DNA of 63,637 nucleotides, the filler included, from Bigelowiella natans CCMP2755 (Eukaryota > Protista > Cercozoa): NCBI GenBank assembly GCA_000320545.1. It is 3 parts of 3 records of this genome, joined end to end, with 100 filler letters (N's around TTAATTAATTAA, not from the genome) between each part and the next. Parts side by side here need not be neighbours in the genome. Positions count along the whole stretch, not along the records: positions 1 to 26,391 come from ADNK01001116.1; 2 more parts are not named here. The stretch is one strand, 5' to 3'. The notes below the pieces were generated by a model, which was given only the letters and a program-made list of their open reading frames with translations, did not search any database and was not told the DNA's origin. This document shows, piece after piece, positions 1 through 11,639 of the stretch (position 1 is the first letter of the stretch; each line of letters starts with the position of its first letter). Position numbers and translations under genes: made by a program.

Positions 1-368
1 TCCGCCCTCATAAGCTGCATACTCATCGTTTGGGGGTTAGAGCTTTGGGGTGGATTGCATAGGAAGGGGGTTGTGGGTCAAGTCATTAAGGTGAAGCTGG
101 GGCACCGACAGCAAGGTAGTATCTAAGTTTCCTGTACGCCTCAAGTCATGGCCTTCATACTCTCATATTGTAAGGCTGTACTAGGCCTCAGACTGCAGTG
201 CAGGGCCCTGCCCCACACCCGTATGATATGCTGGTCTTGGGTAAGTACAGCAGCCATACCTAGCTTAGACCAGTCTGTCCATAGGGTAGCTGGTCTAGTA
301 GTGTCCAGCTTAGCACTCAATAGCGCGCCCATGCATAAATTTATTAGGTTATCCAAGTGAACAACCAT
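1..368 (-). mobile_element. Decayed Ty3/gypsy-type LTR-retrotransposon pol fragment (RNase H domain), frameshifted
   Basis: ORF 141..368(-) reads LWTDWSKLGMAAVLTQ, matching the gypsy RNase H motif LxTDASxxGxGAVLxQ. Downstream, in shifted frames, EAYRKLRYYL and FTLMT-D match the 'KFRHYL..G..FTVxTDH' segment. Stops and frameshifts indicate decay. No LTR is visible in the window. Confidence 0.7.
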
Positions 369-499
369 TCCATCTTAGGGATGCACTCCAGCATTTCAAA
401 TGCCTCCATATTCCTCCTTCAGGCCCCCCCGCCCCTTCCCCCTTTCCCTTTTCCTCCCCCTTCCCCCCCCCCCCCCCCCATGTACGGATCATCACTCAG

Positions 500-755
500 A
501 TACGCTCTGGACAAGAGAAAGGCCGATGTGCTCCCCACCCTTCTTTCTCCTACCCCGGAGGAGTCCAACGATACGACTACCCCCGAGATCGCTTGCAACC
601 AATATACTGCCCACGGCCACGGCGAGGAGTATAATGATGGTGATGCGAAGGGAGACCAGAGGAGGGAAACCGTGGATATCGACGCGGATATGCTCTTCCC
701 CATCGTTGTTTGGGTCTTTGTGCACGCTGATATTCCAGTAAGATTAGTAAGCGTA

Positions 756-801
<46 letters not shown>

Positions 802-1446
802 CAGTGGTGGTGGCTATTGATAGAGCAGCAGTGCAGTGGAGGGTGTGTTACTATTTGCTATATATTTTACGGGTTTGAGTGCTGCTGCCATGCTGTTACG
901 ATTAACAGCAGATTCATATCTTCCTCCTCCTCCTCTTCCTCCTCCTCATCGTCATCATGATCACTTACCTGACAAGTTAATGACAAACAACATGCACGCA
1001 ACATAGACAACAACAACAACAACAACAACAACAACAGGGGATTCATGGCTGGCTCGGTATCATATCGAGTCTTCTGGAAACAGTAATACTAGTAACATGA
1101 GGAAAAAGAAGAAAAAGAAGAAGAAGAAGAAGAAGAAGAAGAAGAAGGAGAAGAGAGAGAGAAAGCTCGAATCACAAAAATCCGTACCGATTTTCGAGTG
1201 CTCCCCCCACCCGCAAAATAAGTTTCTGATGGTCGTTGGCAAGATTGCAGTGGGGGGAAGCAAAAAAAGATTGATATACTATGCTATGCTATGCTGTCCC
1301 CTCTTGTTTTCAGTCAGCAACGACGTACGGAGAGACGGGCATGGCGCTCGCGCTTGCTCAAGCGGCGTCCTCGCACATCGCTTCGTTAAAGCCAAAAGAC
1401 TTCACTAGAGAGAATGACACCAAGGAAGGTAGCAATACAATGCAGA

Positions 1447-1480
<34 letters not shown>

Positions 1481-2623
1481 GGTGCTCATGCTGATGATAC
1501 CCGCGCTACTTTTTGTTGTTGCGGTTGAAAAGTCATTCATCAGCAAGAGCTAACAGACACATATGCATCTAAGTGATTGTGTATCTAATCGCCTCCCCAC
1601 CTTCTTTTGCGGCAAATGGCCACTACGGCAGGAATTCTCCACATGCACAGGGACTCGGGTCCCTCCTCCATCGTCTCCGACGCAATAGAAGTTTTCAGGG
1701 GGGGGGACGATCAATCTGCCAACGGGCAAGTCGTAGAAGAGGAGGGAATTGAAATCAAATTCGAGAATAAGGGTGAAGCTAGCGGCGAAGGAGACGTTCC
1801 ATCTGACAACGGGGAAGGAAGTCCAATGGGAGGGGAGGATAGAAGCATTGCTACTGCTACTACTACTACTACTGATACTGCTACCACTCTCGACTGCCCT
1901 GTGTGTGGCGCAAGTAAGTGTGAACGATGCCTATATACTGCAGCAGGAAGTAGACAGGAATAATGTATGTAACATTATGATTCTTCTCTGGAAGCTATGT
2001 CGGTGTTTGCTGATGATGATGGATGGCCACAACTCCTCGCCGCCAATGAACCAACCTAGCGATTCAGTGATCTTTTTGTCTTGACCATCAGAATTAAGAA
2101 AATCGGCTCGGATATGCAATGAGTGTGGAACTGAGCTCGCGACATGGTAGGCTACGACACGAAAATATAAATTTATTTTCCATTTTTCAGCCGAAATGCA
2201 CACAATGAGAGGGATGGGTAGGCTACTGGGCTAAAACTATGCCTATAGCTGTTTTATGAAATAGCAGTATTTCGCTGATGTATCATTCAGCGCGAGCCCG
2301 CACCATTGTTATCAAATTATCTAACGAAGATATACTTTTGCACGTTGTTGCTTACTCAATCTATGCATCTTCATGATTTCAAATTTGGTTATGGGATCTT
2401 CTTCATCACCCTCTCCCAACTTCCTTTCCCTTTGGCATTGTTTTCAATGGCAAAAAACGATGCGATTTTTCCATTGATTCAACCTATTTATGCCACTCAC
2501 GCTCGCATGATACATGACAGCAAACAGCACACCACCACCACCACCACCACCACCACTGCCACCAGATCTTCACTCTCTAATCGAATAAGGAAGAAACTCA
2601 AGAATTTGTTTCGTTTGGACTAG
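500..2623 (+). CDS. VPS9-domain (Rab5-GEF-like) protein with C-terminal zinc ribbon; spliced, 5' exons lie off-window
   Basis: Phase-compatible GT-AG exons at ~500-737 (DADMLFPIVVWVFVHADIP), 1038-1082 (GIHGWLGIISSLLET), 1314-1428 (TTYGETGMALALAQAASSHIASL, VPS9 C-terminal helix), ~1632-1913 and 2092-~2147. The last two join to give CPVCGAKLRKSARICNECGTEL. The end is either TAG at 2150 or, via further small exons, ...SSLSNRIRKKLKNLFRLD* at 2623. Confidence 0.8.
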
Positions 2624-2819
2624 CGAGTCTATAATCTCAGCATAAATTTGACAATATTGATGTATTCTTTTGCTCTTCATTCTCTATCAGCTTGGACGAG
2701 GGAGGGAACCCAATATCTCATATTGTTGTAGACACAGACATTTAAAGAAGAGTGAGCAGTAATAACAACCAGGATGTTGGAAAATTATTTATGTTGAAAA
2801 ATCAAATAACAATTATAGT

Positions 2820-3500
2820 TGTATGTAGCGCCGCGTGCGTCGTCGCTTATTTGCGTAGGTTGACATTATCGTATGCGAGCGTAAATAGATGCAGTTGCCG
2901 CCATGCATGCTATTACTAAACTCGACAGCGGGCACTGTAATCGATCCGCGATTGCTAGATTGATCACCGGCCGAATAATTTGAGTATGCATGACGTTCCA
3001 GGTCTGTTACGTTTATGGCATAGCAATGCCTCAAACATGCGTCTGCGCTATTTAGCATCTAGCTATGTACAATACGTCAGTGGCATGCGCGCTACGCCGC
3101 AGGCGGTTTGTGGCCTGCACATCGATCTAGATCGACATCGCGATTCATTATGATATTTTTGCCCAGTTAACAGCATATCTACGTACATGTAGTGAGCAGC
3201 AAATACGTCTAGTTGTACGTGCGACGCAACATGCGATCGATGCAATCTAGCAATGTACTCTGCCAGATATAGCATTCTCCTTCCCAAGGGCGTTCGACTT
3301 GAGTGCGCAAATGACCGAGTCAGCCTGTGTTTGTTGTTTAGATTCTAGACTCGGTGATGATGCAATATAGGCGATGACATCAAGCGCGTATGCGCTTTTT
3401 TGTACACATCTGCAGAACGGGTAGCTGCCGTTGCCATATCTAGATATGATTCGATACATTCGCTCGAGCCGCTGCCAGTCTTTGTCACGAATATAATGAC
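2820..3500. other. Palindrome-rich 3'-intergenic island 1 (between convergent VPS9 and NCBP2)
   Basis: Dense CATG/TGCA/CTAG/TCGA/ACGT/GCGC words (e.g. gccatgcatgc, atcgatctagatcgac); no credible ORF; no long microsatellites. Confidence 0.75.
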
Positions 3501-3562
3501 TTAAAAAACAAATTTATTCTTATTCTGTACATTTACAATACATTGTTAACAGGGGCGGCATG

Positions 3563-4094
3563 CTACAATCGATGATGCTTCTGAGCACTTCGCCTATGTC
3601 TATTCTGCGAGTCCCCAAAACTGTGGTCATATCCCGTTCTATATCTTTTCCTTGGATGATCATCATTATCATCCCCATATCGCTGTCGTCCGTAACCTCT
3701 GCTACTTTCATTCGAAAACCAACCCTGCCTATCATGACCACGACGACCACCATCATAAGGCCTGTCGGGGTAGGATTTCCGCCTCTTTCTTGTTTCAATA
3801 TTCCTCTTTGCCTTCGCAATCTCGTGTCGTATCTGCCATAGTATCCCAAAACGTAAGGTTTTACTCTCGTTTCATTTATTTCATTTTACCTGCCCCCCGC
3901 CTCTTCCACGTCCGTATTGTCTTCCAGGTTCGAACCCATGGTCAATTTCTGTCATTTTGATAAGTCAATGTTCATTAATGAATAGCAGATTTGCTTCAAA
4001 AATTACCACAGCGAATAGCCTGGCCGTTCAATTTTGATCCTGTTAGACAGTCTATAGCTCGTAGGCAATCCTGATGGGACATTGAATTGACTTC

Positions 4095-4137
<43 letters not shown>

Positions 4138-4634
4138 GAAGGGAGGATAATACCTTTCTCTCAAAGAACTCGACGAAGCAAAATCCGCATGGAGTTTTAT
4201 GTATTTTATCTAAGCCCATGATAACCTAGTAGGAAGAAGGTTGGAAAAGACAAGGCATGATTTTTTCTAATTTATTTCGACCCTCTTCACAAGCCCAGCC
4301 TTTGAGAAAAGTTCGAATATTTGTTCTTCCTTCGTCTGTGAGATAAGAAATATACAATTACATAAAATCTTTCTCATAAGGGCCCTTGTTACGTACCGAA
4401 TATTTTAAATTCCCGCAATACAGGGTGGAGCTGGTTAACTTAAGCTTAGCAAGCTCTTCTGATCCTCCTCTAAATCTTACATCCTGAAAACATCAGGCCA
4501 TCGACAGTCGTCACACTTTGATCTCGACATCCTCCTTCTTCTGAAGATCGAAGGAGATGGCGGATGGATCAAGTCACAATCGATGGCACCTGATAGACGA
4601 CTTTCGTCTCCACAGTTGCGAAGAGGTGCGCCAT
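3563..4634 (-). CDS. NCBP2: Nuclear cap-binding protein subunit 2 (CBP20), about 7 exons
   Basis: Spliced translation: [15 protein letters not shown]|[29 protein letters not shown]|[18 protein letters not shown]|[24 protein letters not shown]|[21 protein letters not shown]|[18 protein letters not shown].. plus an R/G/D-rich tail. It carries the diagnostic CBP20 RRM and the GRQYGRG motif. Confidence 0.93.
4099..4134. repeat. (AG)n microsatellite in an NCBP2 intron
   Basis: Perfect agag run read directly from the sequence. Confidence 0.95.
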
Positions 4635-5267
4635 GGTTTGGACTTATGGAAGTGCAGGTTTGGAATTCTCTGGAGAATTTCTCGATGTTCGGTATTCAAA
4701 GAAGTTCGATGTTCGAAATGGAGATTTCTCCCGTTAACCCCGCTCCAACGTCTCTCCGCTTCTCGTCGTCCCGTAGTCCAGGGATTGACTGGCTCGAAAA
4801 CGCACGAAAAAGAATGAGGTTTTGCCTTTGCGTCTGTGCTTTCCAGCCGCTTTCCTGAAAGTAGTTGCTGAAGCCGATGTTTTGTTTTCTTCTCTTTGTT
4901 TTTTTGCTTCGAATTCCAAATGGAATTTTAGACCTACCACGAGTTGTCCCACGTTTGTCCCAATTGGTTTTTTGATCTGTTCGATCGTTTTCCTAAAGAG
5001 ACAAGATGAAAGTCATGTCGCATTTTTTAAAAAGAGATGAATTTGGTCAGGGCACAATCGCCACTCAGCGGAAGGCAGAGCGATTTTCGAAGAAACTACG
5101 AATCTTCACCATGTCGCAGTCTAAGAATTACCTAAATATACTCAAGAATTGTCCCAACACTTCCTGAGCACAGAAACTCACTCTCCCCCCCCCCCGCCTT
5201 GCGCACCCGGTCTCAATCTGCGTGGTAATAGGGAGAAATTACTTCCTATTCAACGTCAGGAGATAGG

Positions 5268-6855
5268 ATGCGGAGTTGGTATGTTATGGTCCTAGTTGTG
5301 GCCTTGGAGGTGGCACTAGCATACCGGCCGATGGCGCCTCAGAGGACTAGAAGCACCCAAATTTCCCCTGCGATAAGGATCGATACATCCAATATTAATC
5401 CATCTATCTCGAAGGAAGATAGCGAGATGATTGAAAGAAGAGGAAAAAACGAGAGGAAGAAAATTATAGATCTCCCCGGAAAAGGATGGGAAGAGGCCCG
5501 CTCTTCTTCCGGAATCTTTAGGTAACCATACATTTATGATACAATGTATCGAATGAACCTCAAAATCATTTCAGGTTGATACGTTTGATAATGTCGAATA
5601 AATTTATGTATCATTATTTTTGACAAAGAAATGCCCTGCATGTTGTAGTAACTCTACATTCTCCGTTAATGTGCACTTTTTGAACCAACGAACTGGAATG
5701 TTACATCAGACGGATGAGTAGCTTTGATCTCAACACGAGAAGCAATGAAATATCCATTCCGAAATCTAATGGCGAAGCTGTTCGAGCTGCCATTTCTCTG
5801 ACATCCTCCAAGAATAGGCGTAAAGAGAGGACTCGAACAATTACCCAATACACCAATGACGAACATAGTGCAGCATCTGTTGTAACGCAGGCAGGTAGGA
5901 TTCCCACTGATAAATTATTGCAGATACTAACATTCTGCCTGCTCCACCTTCCTACATATGTTTCATCTATCTTTCGTAATACTACAGAATTCTCGATGAC
6001 GCCGTCTAGCAATGCGGATGAGAACTTGAACAACTTTTTTGAAGAGAGGTAAAATCAACTCGAATTCCGTCCCCTAGAAATTATCCGAATTTGACGAATG
6101 AACGATTCATGGTTATGTCAGCGGCGTGCGAAAGAACAATGTTCACGTATCACACTACAACGTTTGTCCAATAATTTATGCGTTGCTTTGTTTATTCTTT
6201 GATCCAGCCTCATCTTCATGGAGCCTGAGGCATCGTCATCATCATCATCATCATCATCATCACCACCACCACAATCACCATCGCATTTGTCACCATTATC
6301 CTCACCCAAGGCAACTAGTACCATCGAAATCTACCGAGATGGGGTCCGTGCGGACAGTCTCTTTCCTCGCCACCATTCCTCCTCGTCGTCTTCATCTCTG
6401 ATAGTAGAAGACGAACCTGTGACATATCAAAGTGATTCTTCTCAAGAGAGCCAACTTGGCTACTCAGCTCCCCTGAAAGACGACGAACCTGAAGAGGAAA
6501 GAGAAGGACAGCTGCTTGATAATTATGATAATGAGAGATTATCGGGGATATCGGCTCAGAGCATGGAGTCCGACGAGGGAAAGGAGGAGCGAGACGGCGT
6601 AACCACCACCAGCAGCGGTGGCAGAAAAGAGGACGCGCCCCAAGGAAGAAAAGACGGATTCCTTAGAAAATTGCGCGAAATTATTGGCGGTAGAGTGATC
6701 CTCGCAAGACAGCAGCAAGAAGAGAAGGATAGCAGGCAGCAAGAGTTAGATCTCGAAACAGCATCAGAGCGACTTGCCACTAGTAGAGTAGACGATAACA
6801 ACCTTATGGTGGTAGAGAGGTCTGACGATCACACTATCGAGATGATGAACCTAGA

Positions 6856-6890
<35 letters not shown>

Positions 6891-8383
6891 TTGATAGTGC
6901 TGGCAAGATCAGAGAAGAAGGCCTGCAAATGGAAGGAGTGGTCGCATTCGCTGAGTCGCAGCACTCGGGTCACTTCATCGATAACACAGGGAGTACCGTC
7001 GACAAACTTACAGTTGGCACGACGGTTTCTGCTATAACTCCTGCAGAGACTGAAAAACAAGAAGAAGAGGAAGAAGAAGAAGAGGAGAAAGTAGATGGTG
7101 GCGTTGATGCAAACCCCCTCCCCTCCAGGATGAAAGTCAGCAGAGCTTCCGACAGGTTGGAGCAACTCGGCTCGAATATAGGCGAATCCTCCGATAGAAC
7201 CCATTTCAAGGAACTCATGCACAGGGTCAGAGAGAAGCAGCAGCGGCCAAAGGATGGTAGCGAGAATAATGGGAAAAGAAGAGCGGGAGGAGAGAGGGAT
7301 CTGGAGGCTATGACAGTTCTCATTCCTCAGAGAAAGATTAAGAGGATAACCGACGACGGCCCCCCTGGCATTGAAATGCCGGCACCGAGAGAATTGGAAA
7401 AAGAAGTAGATTCACCGCGCACAAGCGACAACCGTGAGATCGATGAGAACGGCGACATCTTTAAAACCGGCAAGAACATATTCACAGACAAGCGCGACTT
7501 ACGGAAGGTAAAGCCTGCTGCAGCAGATTGGCGTTCGGAGCGTGTGGAGGCCTTGTTGAGGGCGAGATCGAGCAACGTGAGACTAGATCCCGAGGAATTG
7601 AACGACCTCTTCTCGCCGAGAGGTATGCAGAGAAATAGGTACCGGCGAAACCCTCTGGTCGCATATGGAGTCGTGATTCCGCTGGAGGGCATGCTGGTCG
7701 ACACAAGGAAGATACACCTTCGTGTATGGAGGCGTTTGGCCATAAGCCACAACCTGCGTTTCCCGAGACCGGAGGACGTTGCCTGGGCGGCTTCCGCATC
7801 CCCATACGATTTTGACTCGTTTGAACGCTGCGCATATAGAATCTTCGGCGTGAATGCCATCCGTAGTTACGAGGAGAAAAAGGCACTCCACCGAGAGTTC
7901 ACACGACAGATCCACCGTGAGCTCTTCAACGTCAAGACTAACGAGATTTCTCTGGTGCGGCACGGGGCTGAGTGGGTGGAGAACCTCCTTACTCACGGAG
8001 TGAGGGTTTCGCTTGTGACCAAGCTTCCCTCGAAGATTGCTCGGAAGCTTCTGGCCGAGGCCCATTTGGACGTTGATGCGCTCGGCGAAGGCGGCTTGGT
8101 CGCTGATGATGAGCAAACACAAGACTCGCAGCTCTATCTCTCCGCATCCCTTCGCATGTTTCGCCCGCCCAAAAAATGCGTCGTCGTGACGGACAGGCCT
8201 GGGGGCAGTGCTGCAGCTCACGAGGCAGGAATGAGAGCACTGGCACTGGTGAAATTTGCATCGAAACATCAGAGCACGCGACTAGACTTGCGAGATTCTG
8301 ATGTAATAGTCCCTGACTATAAGGATTTTAGACCCTACGATCTTACACGTCTCACATCCGACGTAGTTTACGACTCCGATTAG
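5268..8383 (+). CDS. HAD-superfamily hydrolase-like protein with signal peptide, long low-complexity N-terminal region and degenerate motif I; 4 exons, ~890 aa
   Basis: Exons ~5268-5521, 5710-5894, 5988-6048 and 6208-8383 join in phase. The N-terminus MRSWYVMVLVVALEVALA is signal-peptide-like. The C-terminal YGVVIPLEGMLVDTRKIHLRVWRRLA...PKKCVVVTDRPGGSAAAHEAGMRALAL resembles HAD-IA/plastid HAD phosphatases. Confidence 0.75.
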
Positions 8384-8649
8384 ATCGGTGTAGGAGAAAA
8401 GACAGGCTGAGGTCTGTTGGGTTTGATCAGTTACCATAATTTTAGAACTTTTCTTATAAATGTAAAGATAATATTCATGTTGTTTGTACGGTAGTGAAGA
8501 GTAGTGTACAGGGAATGGAAGAAGTATACTAAATAGTTAAGAAATCTTGAGTCAGTCTTCAGCTGCGGAAGTAATAATATAATAATTTTAATATCGTCTA
8601 GAACCAATCTTAGCAAGAAAGTAGAGTCATTAGTAACAATTTAATAATC

Positions 8650-9870
8650 AACAATGTGTGCAGATCTCGAGATAGTTGTACATGATAGCGTCATGGTGCA
8701 TGGTGATTTTTGTCATTGTGAACGCGTTGCGTTACACAGTCTGGAAGCATGCTAGCTGTCTAGCGCCACACTGGCACATATCACTATGTCTTGCTAGCTA
8801 GCAAGAGAGAATGGAACATGCTGTGTGCATCATGTCTGCAATGCGAACGTGAGAGTGCTCACAGCATGCACTTGTGATGACATTGCTTGCATTGCATGAT
8901 TGTGTTTGTTTCGCGTTGCAGTCGTGACATGTCTACTAGCATGTCTAGACGTGCATGTCTGCAGTGTGCACAACTTTAGAACTCCGTCAAAACTGTGACA
9001 AACTAGGCGAATCTGCAAATCGTATATGGATAATTGCGCGAGCGTAGCAGCAAAGTGCAAAGCTAGAAAGCGTTGCAAAATTCACACCACTGTGGCTAGC
9101 TAGACCGGTTGTTTTCAGATTGGACATGTGCACGCTCCAGCACTGTGCGTTTAGAGTTTGTTCTCTGCGCCACATTTTGAATGCTTGGACGCATGTGCTT
9201 GCACAGCACAATGTCCACACGTGCACGAAAAATTCCGAAGAAGATGTCAGAAATGCGAGCAAATCCAACATAATCATCCATCACAGCTCACATGGAAACT
9301 TTCAGAAGTGTCAAAATTGCTAAGTTTCAAGAGCGGGCCACGAAAAATGAACATTCGCTAGATTTGGCCCAGCGGTTCAGTCATTTTTTGAGGTTTGGCC
9401 ATCGGACAAGTTCTGATGACTTCAGACTTTTCCTTGCTTGACCAACTACTCCAACACTTCAGCCGCCTGCTAGCCTGCTGCTTCACTGCGCGCTGCGAAG
9501 CGCCGCTGCAGCATTTAAAACCCCGTCGTCTCTACCGGGTTTGACGGAGTTGTGTGCCGAATCGAACGCACGCGCGAGAATTACACCACCATCCGGTTCA
9601 TTCTTGGTTCATTGATTCATCAAGTTTGGCTAGCATCATGATCTCTTGTCATCTAGCCATTCTGGCATTCGTCTCGATCATGCACGAAGACGCATGCCGT
9701 TCGCTCCATCTGACATGACGAGGTGTGACGACGCTGCCGCTTGCCAGCTTGGGACCAGTTAGCCAGTGCGCGTACCCGATCCCTCGATGCTCAGGTGTCA
9801 CTCGTCGTCAAAGTTCCATGTTGTGCTGTGCTAGCTGTGTGGTCTAGCTAGCTAGGGGTGTCGTCAGTTG
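8650..9870. other. Palindrome-rich 3'-intergenic island 2 (downstream of the HAD-like gene; next gene is in tandem)
   Basis: catgctagc at 8748, gctagctagc, gcatgtctagacgtgcatg, ctagctagctagg; no credible ORF. Confidence 0.75.
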
Positions 9871-10058
9871 CATCCAATTTTTGACCGCTTCATTTGGTTT
9901 CGGGAAGTGAAAGTGGTAATCGTGAACACAAGACTGCGCACTCTCAGACCAGCCAGGCTAACAAGGCCAGCTAGACCAGCAGAGCTAGAGGGTCTGCGAG
10001 GGTGTGGAGATTCTTTTGAACATTGAACTTTGAACTGTTGAACATGAGCCCCCATTTG

Positions 10059-10086
10059 AGAAGAAGAAGAAGAAGAAGAAGAAGAA

Positions 10087-10118
<32 letters not shown>

Positions 10119-10119
10119 A
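10059..10119. repeat. (GAA)n microsatellite
   Basis: Near-perfect aga/gaa run; it explains the poly-R and poly-S ORFs in the track. Confidence 0.95.
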
Positions 10120-10542
10120 ACATGCGAATGGACGCTGAGGAAAATCCGCTCCATGGTCAGGGCGCTAATTGCCGTCCTCGGACGGATACCGACGTTACCG
10201 ATTGAGGAGGTTTTTTAGCCGAGTAACTGTTCAAAACCCGAAACAAGTGGGTGGTGTGAACTATTGGTACAAGTGTATGTTATTTTTTATGTACGACAAT
10301 ATTTATATTAAAAAACGTCAATAAATCCACGGCATTTCAATCTTAATCTCGATTCCGTTCATCTAATTTCAAGGAACAATGGCTGTACGTCTTTTTCCGA
10401 CTTGCATTCTGTTGCACATTGGGGAGGGCAGAGAGAAGAGATCGGCTAGATTGACTTTGAACTTTAACACAACATGGTTTATTGTTCGGACACTAAATTG
10501 ATTCGTCGAGAAGAGTCTCATGAAATATCTGCAACCGTTGCT

Positions 10543-11548
10543 ATGGACAGAAAAAGAAGGCTAAGAAGGGCAAAAAGGCGAAGACAGCGAAAGCTGCTCC
10601 AACTCCAATTCCTAGCGTTCACGAATCCCAGATGAAACATCTTCGATCGATGCTTTCGGTACAAGGAATTAAAAGATATTGAAATGGACACATAGCTCAA
10701 AATTGTATTTACTTCAGGCTGTCGAAAACCACAGCGACTACGTGAGGATTACAGTGTATGTATTAGCTGATACACCTTGCCATCCATTTCCAACTGACCT
10801 TTTTCCTCACAAAGATTCATCTCAAATTGGAAGTTTGCATACGTGGATCTCCTTATGAGGACCACCGATACATTTGAAACTGTTCAGGTTGTTTAATGTG
10901 CAATTTCAAAATATGGTTACGAATTTAAGTCCGCCGAAAACTCTCTCTCTTCTCTCTCTCCCTAACTCACATATGCACACGTGTTTAGAGGGAGCTCGAA
11001 GACAAGCATGGAATGATATCTGATTTCAAACTATTCAAAAATGATAACGGAACACCTCCACAACCAGGGGAAGAAATAACGGTTGAATCAGATTGAAAAT
11101 ATTAGAACTGTTACATCTCAACAAATATCTTAAATGCTCTGGGAATGCGATAATCTGAAATCGGATTCTGCACCAACTCTTTCTAGGATCTAAAGCAAAC
11201 ACTGGGAGCAGCAGGATTCAAAGGAGGAGTATTGAGACCGGATAGAAAGATAGCTCTACCTCAAAATGCGACTGAAAGGGGAATCTTGCACTGCGAGTTT
11301 GAACCTGTCATCAAGGTAAACAACGAAACCTTAAAGTTCCTATTTTCTGTTCTCGAAAATTTCTTCATGACCCACCTACCGTTTTTCGTTAAGAAGTGAT
11401 GATGTCACATGGAATCATTGCGATACGAGAAATAAAGATCTGTTCTGAAACTCAGGGGGATGTTTTGGATTACGATAAGATGATGGTGATAGACGGGAAG
11501 CTTCAGAGTGCAATAGAAGCTCGTGCGAAAATACATCTTGCAAAATAA
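10543..11548 (+). CDS. Conserved hypothetical protein (K-rich N-terminus plus a possible ubiquitin-like domain), about 6 exons
   Basis: Phase-compatible exons: MDRKKKAKKGKKAKTAK..HLRSMLS|AVENHSDYVRIT|..FISNWKFAYVDLLMRTTDTFETVQ|RELEDKHGMISDFKLFKND..EIT|DLKQTLGAAGFKGG..ILHCEFEPVIK|GDVLDYDK..IHLAK*. It is missed by the ORF track because the exons are short. The ubiquitin-like fold is my inference from the residue pattern. Confidence 0.6.
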
Positions 11549-11639
11549 AGCAAGTTAATAGTTTTCAATGTGCCTAAAAAAATGGATTGAATTATTATTA
11601 CAAAACTTCATCATTCTTTCCAAACAAATCTTGCGGGTA

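Noticed and set aside
3925-3940. GGTTCGAACCC resembling a tRNA T-loop/B-box
   Set aside because: It is the reverse complement of NCBP2 coding sequence (HGFEPG); no surrounding tRNA structure.
4640-5260. Short ORFs and splice-like segments between NCBP2 and the HAD-like gene
   Set aside because: No coherent protein could be assembled; most simply 5' UTR or promoter sequence of the divergent pair.
9510-9550. Short alternative stems (aaaccc/gggttt, ccgtc/gacgg) and a faint tRNA-like 3' end after a TA-rich word
   Set aside because: Stems of 5-6 bp are expected by chance and no cloverleaf or A/B boxes could be built.
11396-11448. Possible intronic C/D-box snoRNA (GTGATGA...CTGA)
   Set aside because: Only ~53 nt, no terminal stem, D box a few bases from the 3' splice site, and no recognisable rRNA guide. 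An Infernal or snoscan hit would be needed.
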